The notes beneath the pieces are model-generated. The model saw only the letters and a program-made list of their open reading frames with translations, did no database searches and had not been told where the DNA came from. This document shows, in pieces, positions 57,781-64,000 of a DNA stretch of 64,000 nt; the stretch's first letter is position 1, and every line of letters begins with the position of its first letter. Source of the stretch: Bacilli bacterium (GTDB lineage Bacteria > Bacillota_I > Bacilli_A > RFN20 > CAG-826); contig JAKSVF010000001.1 in the NCBI GenBank assembly GCA_024408235.1, positions 29,417-93,416 of the forward strand, in the 5' to 3' direction. A program made the position numbers and the translations under genes.

Positions 57781-58617
57781 ATGAAAGTTGGTTTTATTGG
57801 ACTTGGCATAATGGGAATGCCAATGGCCACTAATGTTTCTAGAAAATACGATTTAATTGGATATGATGTCATAGCAAAGGAAGCGCCTTTTGCTATTGCT
57901 AGTTCCATAAAGGAAGTTGTAGAGAATTGCGATGTAATCATCTCAATGGTCCCAAAAAATGAACATGTGCAGTCCGTGTATAGCGAGGCGATGCCATTTA
58001 TCAGAAAAGGACAGACTTTCATAGAAATGTCTACGATTTCGCCATCAGTATCTTCCAAGATTGCTCAAGAAGTTGAGAGCAAAGGAGCGGATATGCTCGA
58101 TTGCCCAGTCGTAAAGAGTCAACCAGCCGCAATTAGCGGTACACTTGGCATTTATGTTGGTGGAAAGAAGGATGTCTTTGAATCTGTAAAAGATGTGTTG
58201 TCCTGTATGGGATGCAACATCATATACATGGGCGGACACGGTGCCGGATTAACAATGAAGATTCTTCATAATGCGTTGGTCGGCCAGATTCAAAATGGTG
58301 TCAACGAGGTGATGTCTATCGCTTCAAAATTAGGAATCGATTTGAATGATTTTGTAAAAGCCATTTCCTATGGCGGGGGACAAAACTTCTACATGGATGG
58401 CAAGGCTAAGAACATCATCTCTCAGGACTACCCAACAGCGTTCTCTATCGCGAACATGCATAAGGATGCTCATTTAGCAAAAGACTTACTAAAAGAAAAC
58501 GATCTCTCATATCCGGGAATCGAAAACACCGCTCGAATCTATGACGAAGCGATGGAAATGGGTTTAGGACGTGAAGATTTCTCGGCAACGTACAAGGTTG
58601 TCAACGGAGGTAAATAA
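57781..58617 (+). CDS. NAD(P)-dependent beta-hydroxyacid dehydrogenase (3-hydroxyisobutyrate dehydrogenase / YihU family)
   Basis: The Rossmann N-terminus is MKVGFIGLGIMGMPMATN. The central block is DCPVVKS (catalytic Lys region), followed by a C-terminal all-helical domain. The start lies 2 nt after the transaldolase stop. Confidence 0.85.
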   Translation: MKVGFIGLGIMGMPMATNVSRKYDLIGYDVIAKEAPFAIASSIKEVVENCDVIISMVPKNEHVQSVYSEAMPFIRKGQTFIEMSTISPSVSSKIAQEVESKGADMLDCPVVKSQPAAISGTLGIYVGGKKDVFESVKDVLSCMGCNIIYMGGHGAGLTMKILHNALVGQIQNGVNEVMSIASKLGIDLNDFVKAISYGGGQNFYMDGKAKNIISQDYPTAFSIANMHKDAHLAKDLLKENDLSYPGIENTARIYDEAMEMGLGREDFSATYKVVNGGK

Positions 58618-58619
58618 AT

Positions 58620-59936
58620 ATGAGAAAAGCTAGAATCGGAGTTTGCTGTTTAACAAGAAAAACATATGACTATCAAACGGCATACGCACTATATCAGGAA
58701 AGAACCGCTGAATTAGTAAAGGACACATCTGTTGACTATTGTGTTTATGGCGAAAACGTTATTGAACCGGAAGATGCTGAAAAGGTTATCCACTATTTTG
58801 AACAGCAGGAAATAGACGCTGTCGTCATCGTCTCGGCCACATTCCATCTTGGACATCTCGCTCTCATGATCAACGACGCCTTGAAGAAACCTATCCTCCT
58901 TTGGGGCTTTGATGAACTCCCATATAACGGTGGAAAGATCAGATTGAATGCAGTGTGCGGCGTTAACTTAAATGCTTCTAACCTTTATAAGGCAGGGGTT
59001 GATAATTACTGTGTCACAATCGGCGATACAATCGATGAGAACTGGGTAAAAGCAATCAAAGCTATGGTCGCTATCCACACAACAAAAATTGGAATTGTCG
59101 GTTATCGCGCACAGGGATTCTTCAATGTCGGAGTTGACGAACTTAACCTCTATAAGAACACAGGTTTGCTCGTCAATCATTATGAGATTAGTGACTTATT
59201 CAAAAAACAGGCTGACGATGAAACCGTTGCTCGTGAAATTGAATGCGTAAAGAGAGAGTGGAATGTAGAAGGCATTAATGATAAGCAAGTTGAATTAGTG
59301 GCTAGACTTGTCGCTTCAACTGAGCTTTTCTTAAAAGAAAAAGGAGTCGATGCTCTTGCAATTCGCTGCTGGCCTGAATTCGCTGCAACCTACGGAATCT
59401 CTCCTTGCGCAATGATGTCTATTCTTCAATCCAGAGGAATTCTTTTGGCATGCGAAGGAGATGTTGAAGCCCTTGTTTCGATGATTGCCGTTAAGGCTTT
59501 AGGCGAACCAACACCATTTATGGCGGATTTATCTCAAGTTAACTTTAAAGATAATTACGCTCTTCTCTGGCATTGTGGCGTTGCGCCATGCAATCTTTGG
59601 GACAAGAAGTGCGTAAGATCTCTTGATACATACTTTGCAGGCGGAAAAGGGGTTACCGCAGGATTCGTCCTCAAAGATGGCGACTTCTCAATTTTCCGTA
59701 TCGACACAGCTAGAGGCAAAACAAGAATATTCTATGAAGAAGGCACAGCTGTTCCGATGGAAAAACTCCTCACAGGTACTTTCGCAAAAGTCCATTTCAA
59801 ACACGATGTCAAAGATGTTCTTGATGTTGTAGTTAATACGGGCGTTGCTCATCACGTCGTTATGGGCTATGTCCAATACGAACCGGTCATTAAGATTCTT
59901 GCTAAGTTGACTGGTTGGGAAATCATCAAGTGCTAA
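58620..59936 (+). CDS. L-fucose/L-arabinose isomerase-like family protein (438 aa)
   Basis: The N-terminal region resembles the flavodoxin-like fold of FucI/AraA-like proteins. The central block is ACEGDVEA and HCG follows. A GGAGG SD precedes the start. The assignment is by overall pattern only. Confidence 0.6.
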   Translation: MRKARIGVCCLTRKTYDYQTAYALYQERTAELVKDTSVDYCVYGENVIEPEDAEKVIHYFEQQEIDAVVIVSATFHLGHLALMINDALKKPILLWGFDELPYNGGKIRLNAVCGVNLNASNLYKAGVDNYCVTIGDTIDENWVKAIKAMVAIHTTKIGIVGYRAQGFFNVGVDELNLYKNTGLLVNHYEISDLFKKQADDETVAREIECVKREWNVEGINDKQVELVARLVASTELFLKEKGVDALAIRCWPEFAATYGISPCAMMSILQSRGILLACEGDVEALVSMIAVKALGEPTPFMADLSQVNFKDNYALLWHCGVAPCNLWDKKCVRSLDTYFAGGKGVTAGFVLKDGDFSIFRIDTARGKTRIFYEEGTAVPMEKLLTGTFAKVHFKHDVKDVLDVVVNTGVAHHVVMGYVQYEPVIKILAKLTGWEIIKC

Positions 59937-59954
59937 TTTCATAGGAGAGAGAAC

Positions 59955-60671
59955 GTGCCGGTGTGGTTGAGTAAGGCCCTATTTGTTGTAGTCGTCTTTT
60001 TAACAAACATTATCCAAGCGATAACTGGCTTTGCTGGCACTGTTCTTGCCATGCCTTTTTCCATTCAACTTGTTGGTAAGCCATATGCAAAACCGGTGTT
60101 GAATGCCATAGCATTGCTGGTCTGCATTATTGTTGTAGTACGCAACTTTAAGAAGATTGACTGGAAATGCTTATTAGAGATTATCGTTTTCATGGGTATC
60201 GGTATGGTTGCCGGTTTCTTCCTTGAAAAGTATCTCTACTCGAAATGGTTCCTAAAAATATATGGAATCATTATCGTGTTCATCGCTATTTATTACTTCT
60301 TTGTGGATAATCCAATTAAACTTCCTAAACCCATTGGATGGGTGATCATGTTCCTTGCGGGAATTATCCACATGATATTTGTCTCAGGCGGCCCGCTTCT
60401 AATCATTGCTGCCAAGAATAAAATCAAGGATAAAGAAACCTTCAGAGCGACTTTGTCAATGGTATGGGTGATACTCAACTCATCAATACTCGTCACTGAT
60501 GCGGTAGGCGGGAACTTCTCATTGGATCAACTTTGGATTCTCCTCATTATGATTCCAACAGTCGTTATTTCGATTCTTATCGGGAAGTTTGCCCTTAAGA
60601 AAATGTCTAACAACCTTTTCATGAAATTAACTTGTGTTCTCTTATTTATTTCTGGATTCCTAGTCATATGA
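59955..60671 (+). CDS. TauE/SafE-family anion (sulfite/organosulfonate) exporter-like membrane protein
   Basis: About 7-8 TM segments in 238 aa. The family motif ITGFAGTVLAMPF lies in TM1 and a second repeat contains SGGPLLI. The start is a GTG at 59955, 6 nt after a GGAGAG SD. Confidence 0.7.
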   Translation: MPVWLSKALFVVVVFLTNIIQAITGFAGTVLAMPFSIQLVGKPYAKPVLNAIALLVCIIVVVRNFKKIDWKCLLEIIVFMGIGMVAGFFLEKYLYSKWFLKIYGIIIVFIAIYYFFVDNPIKLPKPIGWVIMFLAGIIHMIFVSGGPLLIIAAKNKIKDKETFRATLSMVWVILNSSILVTDAVGGNFSLDQLWILLIMIPTVVISILIGKFALKKMSNNLFMKLTCVLLFISGFLVI

Positions 60672-61654
60672 TCATAATGAATAACCTCCAAAAATCTATA
60701 ATCAGAATCCTTCAGCAAAAGAAGGAATGCTCAAGAAAAGAGCTCTCTTCTTTGCTGTCGGTTACGCCAGCTGCAATCACCCTTGCAACAGGACCTCTTT
60801 TAGATGGCGGATTCATCGAACAATTGCATGAAGTATCTAGAGAAAAAGCAGGCCGAAAAGAGGTTATGTTATCGGTCAATGCAGATTCATTTTTCGCCAT
60901 TGGAATCGACGTAAATGATGATGGCATTTCACTTGTTAAACTTAATGGTCGTCTTGAAGTTACTCAATTAATTGAGTTATCTACTATTAAAGAACTAATC
61001 GTTGCTTTAGATAGGTTCGATTTATCTCTATGCATCGGCATCTCTATTTCACTTAAATCGTTCTATAGCGTTGAGCATATAAATAACGATGTTCAGACTC
61101 TCCTTAACCATTTAAAAACCATCAACGAAAATGTTACGCTGATCAACAATATTGCTGCCCTTGCTTACGCTTACAAAATGCGTAATCCTCAGGATGAGAG
61201 TTTCGTCGTTATTAAATATGGACCAGGCGTTGGCTCTGCATGTTTTATCAAGAACCATTTGCTCCAGTCTCCTTCAAACCCAACATATGAACTCGGAAAG
61301 GTTTTCCTTAATGATCGCCTGGTTACTATTGAAGAGGCTATCGGATATAAGTCGATCAGCGATTCTAAGCCTGAGGCTCTTGCTCTTTTGAGAACGGATG
61401 AAAACGTTAGAGCGCGAGTGCTGAAAGTTCTCGGCTTTACCATCCATAACGTGAACACTCTTTTGCAATTGGATAAGGTCCTTGTTTCTGGAGACATCTT
61501 CAAAGACGATAGAATCTTCAATGAGCTGTTGGAGAAAATACCAATGACTGATGAGGAGAAGGCAAAAGTAACAAGAATGAGTGACTATGCTGAATTGAAT
61601 AAAGCCAAATCCGCACTGACCGCTCAGTACTTATTCTTTAACGGTGATAAGTAA
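60668..61654 (+). CDS. ROK-family transcriptional regulator (degenerate sugar-kinase domain)
   Basis: The N-terminal winged-helix region is IIRILQQKKECSRKELSSLLSVTPAAITLATGPLLDGGFI. It is followed by an ROK/actin-fold-like domain that lacks the CxCGxxGC zinc motif. The start is 60668 (ATGA overlap with the upstream gene) or 60677 (MNNLQKS). Confidence 0.7.
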   Translation: MIIMNNLQKSIIRILQQKKECSRKELSSLLSVTPAAITLATGPLLDGGFIEQLHEVSREKAGRKEVMLSVNADSFFAIGIDVNDDGISLVKLNGRLEVTQLIELSTIKELIVALDRFDLSLCIGISISLKSFYSVEHINNDVQTLLNHLKTINENVTLINNIAALAYAYKMRNPQDESFVVIKYGPGVGSACFIKNHLLQSPSNPTYELGKVFLNDRLVTIEEAIGYKSISDSKPEALALLRTDENVRARVLKVLGFTIHNVNTLLQLDKVLVSGDIFKDDRIFNELLEKIPMTDEEKAKVTRMSDYAELNKAKSALTAQYLFFNGDK

Positions 61655-61684
61655 TCATAAATGATTGAGGTATAATATAGAAAA

Positions 61685-63349
61685 ATGGAACACACTAATT
61701 GGTACAAGGATGCTGTTATCTACCAGATTTATCCACGTTCATTTTGCGACAGGAATGGAGATGGAGTAGGTGATATACCTGGCATTATTTCAAAACTAGA
61801 TTACTTAAAGGACCTCGGAGTGAACTGCGTATGGCTTTCTCCTGTTTACGATTCGCCACAAGAGGACAACGGTTACGATATCGCTAATTACCGTGATATC
61901 TATAAGCCTTTCGGAACTCTTAAGGACTTTACTATGATGCTCGATGAAATGCATAAAAGGGGCATCCGTTTAGTCATGGATTTGGTCGTTAATCACACAT
62001 CCAGCGAACATGAGTGGTTCAAGAGCGCTATTTCGGACAAGAATTCGCCATACCGTGACTATTACATAATCAGAAAAGGTAAAGGCAAAAATGGAAAGAA
62101 GCCACCTAATAACTGGTCCGGATTCTTTGCTGAATCAACTTGGGAAAGGATTGGCGAGAGTGATGAATGGTATTTACATCTCTTCGCAAAAGGCCAGCCT
62201 GACCTCAACTGGGAAAACCCAAAGGTAAGAGAGGAAGTCAAAGATATCTTGAGATATTGGTTAGATATGGGTGTTGATGGCTTTAGATGCGATGTCATAA
62301 CCCTCATTTCCAAGAAACAGGATTTCAAGTCTAGATTCCCGACCCTCGCTTTATGCGGTAAAGACGCTTTTGTAATGGGTCCAAGACTTCATGAATACCT
62401 ACATGACTTATATAAAGACGTCTATGCGAACTATGATTGCATGACAGTCGGAGAAACGGTTCTTTCAAGTCTCGACGATGCCATTAGTCTTGTATCGCCG
62501 GAAAGAGAAGAACTTGATATGGTGTTCAACTTTGACCATACGGATGTCGATAACCATATGGGCGTTAAGTGGCTTTATAGAAAATTCAAACTCACGAACC
62601 TCAAAAAGGCGGTCCGCAAATGGCAAATCGGTTTAAAAGGCAAGGGCTGGAACTCTCTATTCATCGAAAATCATGACCAAAGAAGGTCAGTAGGGCGTTT
62701 CGGAACTGACGACAAGGAATTCCGCGTCATCTCAAGCAAAATGCTCTCAGCGACCTATTTCTTGCTTCAGGGAACGCCATTCATTTACCAGGGTCAAGAA
62801 CTTGGAATGACAAATGGAGATTTCGAATCAATCGATGATGTTGTAGATGTGGAGGCCCATAACGTTTACAAGCTAGGGCAGTCACTCCCAATACTTAAAC
62901 CGTTCCTTAAAAAGACATTAATGTCTTGCAACAGAGATAATGCAAGAACGCCTGTTCAGTGGGATGACTCACGCTATGCAGGATTCTCAGAAGCCAAGCC
63001 TTGGCTAAAGGTGAATAAGAATAAGAGTTTCATCAATGCAGAGGCAGCGATAAAAGATCCTGACTCAACTTACAATTTCTTCAAGAAGATAATTGAATTC
63101 AGAAAAGGAAATGATGTTATTAAAAACGGTGATTACATCGACCTGCTCCCTAGAAACAATTCCGTCTATGCCTATGTTAGAAAACTGGCTGATAAAGAAG
63201 TGGTTGTTATATCTAATTTCACGAATAAGAGACTCTCTTGCAAAATCCTTAAGGATTATAAGAAATACAATATTGTTTTGACAAATTATGTCGAAAAAGA
63301 AGATGATTATCTCAAACCATATGAGACAAGAGTCTTAATTAATTATTAA
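61685..63349 (+). CDS. GH13 oligo-1,6-glucosidase / alpha-glucosidase
   Basis: Shows WYKDAVIYQIYPRSF, DNGYDIANY, VMDLVVNHTS, GFRCDVI, GETV, FIENHDQ and QGTPFIYQGQELGM. Confidence 0.92.
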   Translation: MEHTNWYKDAVIYQIYPRSFCDRNGDGVGDIPGIISKLDYLKDLGVNCVWLSPVYDSPQEDNGYDIANYRDIYKPFGTLKDFTMMLDEMHKRGIRLVMDLVVNHTSSEHEWFKSAISDKNSPYRDYYIIRKGKGKNGKKPPNNWSGFFAESTWERIGESDEWYLHLFAKGQPDLNWENPKVREEVKDILRYWLDMGVDGFRCDVITLISKKQDFKSRFPTLALCGKDAFVMGPRLHEYLHDLYKDVYANYDCMTVGETVLSSLDDAISLVSPEREELDMVFNFDHTDVDNHMGVKWLYRKFKLTNLKKAVRKWQIGLKGKGWNSLFIENHDQRRSVGRFGTDDKEFRVISSKMLSATYFLLQGTPFIYQGQELGMTNGDFESIDDVVDVEAHNVYKLGQSLPILKPFLKKTLMSCNRDNARTPVQWDDSRYAGFSEAKPWLKVNKNKSFINAEAAIKDPDSTYNFFKKIIEFRKGNDVIKNGDYIDLLPRNNSVYAYVRKLADKEVVVISNFTNKRLSCKILKDYKKYNIVLTNYVEKEDDYLKPYETRVLINY

Positions 63350-63372
63350 TGTAGCCAATAGGAGGTACTTTT

Positions 63373-64000
63373 ATGGCATTACATGATACATATGATGGAA
63401 GCTTGGTTCCTAAAAGAACAAAAGGCTTCTACTGCGGTATTGCTCCGTTTAGAGACGCATGCTACACGCTGGTCTCGATGTTCCTTATCGCATTCATCCA
63501 GTACTCTGGCGTTCTTACTAGAGGACTTGGCGCGGGGGCAACTCAGGCCGAGAAGACAGCGATGTTCGTCGCTGCGTATGGCGTTATTTCCGCATTAGTA
63601 ATCGGATATCGAATCTTCGACGCTTTAAATGATCCATTCATGGGCGTCATCATCGAGAAGATTCACTTCAAATCCGGCAAATATAAACCATGGATTCTCC
63701 TTGGCGGCTTAACTAACACAATCGTTGTTCTCGCTCTATTCTGCGGACCAACAATCTTCCCATGGCTTTCAGGCTGGGCATATGTAGCCTGGTTCGCTGT
63801 TTTCTATCTCCTTTGGGGACTGACATTCACAATGAACGACATCGCTTATTGGGGTATGCTTCCATCCCTAACTTCAGAAGAAAAGCAGAGAACACAGATC
63901 ACAACTCTCATGTCCATCTGCTGTTCGCTTGGACAATTCCTTGTAGCAGGACTTGCTCCAATCCTTGCTTCAAGCATGGGCTATGGAATCTATGTTCCGA
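63373..64000 (+). CDS. second GPH-family sugar:cation symporter, 3'-truncated by the window edge (not in the supplied ORF track)
   Basis: I translated this by hand from the ATG at 63373, which follows AGGAGG at 63360-63365. The product reads MALHDTYDGSLVPKRTKGFYCGIAPFRDACYTL...YRIFDALNDPFMGVIIEK...MNDIAYWGMLPSLTSEEKQR. The frame stays open to nt 64000. Both GPH signatures are present (R.FDA.NDP..G and DI.YW.M.P.LT). Confidence 0.85.
   Translation, partial: MALHDTYDGSLVPKRTKGFYCGIAPFRDACYTLVSMFLIAFIQYSGVLTRGLGAGATQAEKTAMFVAAYGVISALVIGYRIFDALNDPFMGVIIEKIHFKSGKYKPWILLGGLTNTIVVLALFCGPTIFPWLSGWAYVAWFAVFYLLWGLTFTMNDIAYWGMLPSLTSEEKQRTQITTLMSICCSLGQFLVAGLAPILASSMGYGIYVP

Noticed and set aside
63383-63598. 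Tracked 71-aa ORF (MIHMMEAWFLKEQ...)
   Set aside because: It is out of frame with, and fully inside, the much better supported GPH transporter ORF. That ORF starts at 63373, has an AGGAGG SD and family signatures, and stays open to the window end.

Overview
This 64-kb window is a chromosomal segment of a moderately AT-rich Bacillota-type genome. Gene content looks Mollicutes/Erysipelotrichia-like, but the genetic code is standard: TGA ends conserved ORFs and conserved Trp positions are TGG. I support about 55 protein genes. They are almost all on the + strand and tightly packed, with many 1-4 nt overlaps. In order:
- the 3' ~5.1 kb of a giant acidic protein built from at least 6 divergent tandem modules of ~205-220 aa (5' end outside the window)
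- yigZ, an M24 aminopeptidase and glpK
- addB-addA plus an unknown third gene
- a udk-like kinase (-) and pncA
- a complete F1Fo ATP synthase operon (atpI-like, atpBEFHAGDC) followed by an ATP-grasp gene
- a CGHC thioredoxin-like lipoprotein (-), ppa, rqcH-like (-) and gmk
- the conserved array priA / rsmB-like / rlmN / PP2C phosphatase / Ser-Thr kinase / rpe, then rpmB (-)
- glgC-glgD-glgA-leuS, gdhA, coaX plus an ECF S-component
- pepV-trmB-ytpR-pncB-TRIC channel
- a LacI-headed operon: GPH transporter, YihQ-type GH31, transaldolase, beta-hydroxyacid dehydrogenase, FucI-like isomerase, TauE/SafE exporter and a ROK regulator
- a GH13 alpha-glucosidase and a second GPH transporter that runs off the 3' edge and is missing from the ORF track

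I found no rRNA, tRNA, CRISPR, transposase, integrase or phage genes.

The most interesting signals are:
1. A sulfoquinovose-type (sulfo-transaldolase-like) catabolic island whose YihQ-clade glycosidase appears to lack the sulfonate-binding arginine.
2. The giant modular repeat protein.
3. A c-subunit with a two-carboxylate Na+-type motif, combined with a truncated epsilon subunit.
4. An RsmB-like protein that has lost both catalytic cysteines.
5. A recurrent leaderless-mRNA promoter geometry.

All functional calls come from reading motifs in the translations. No database search was run.
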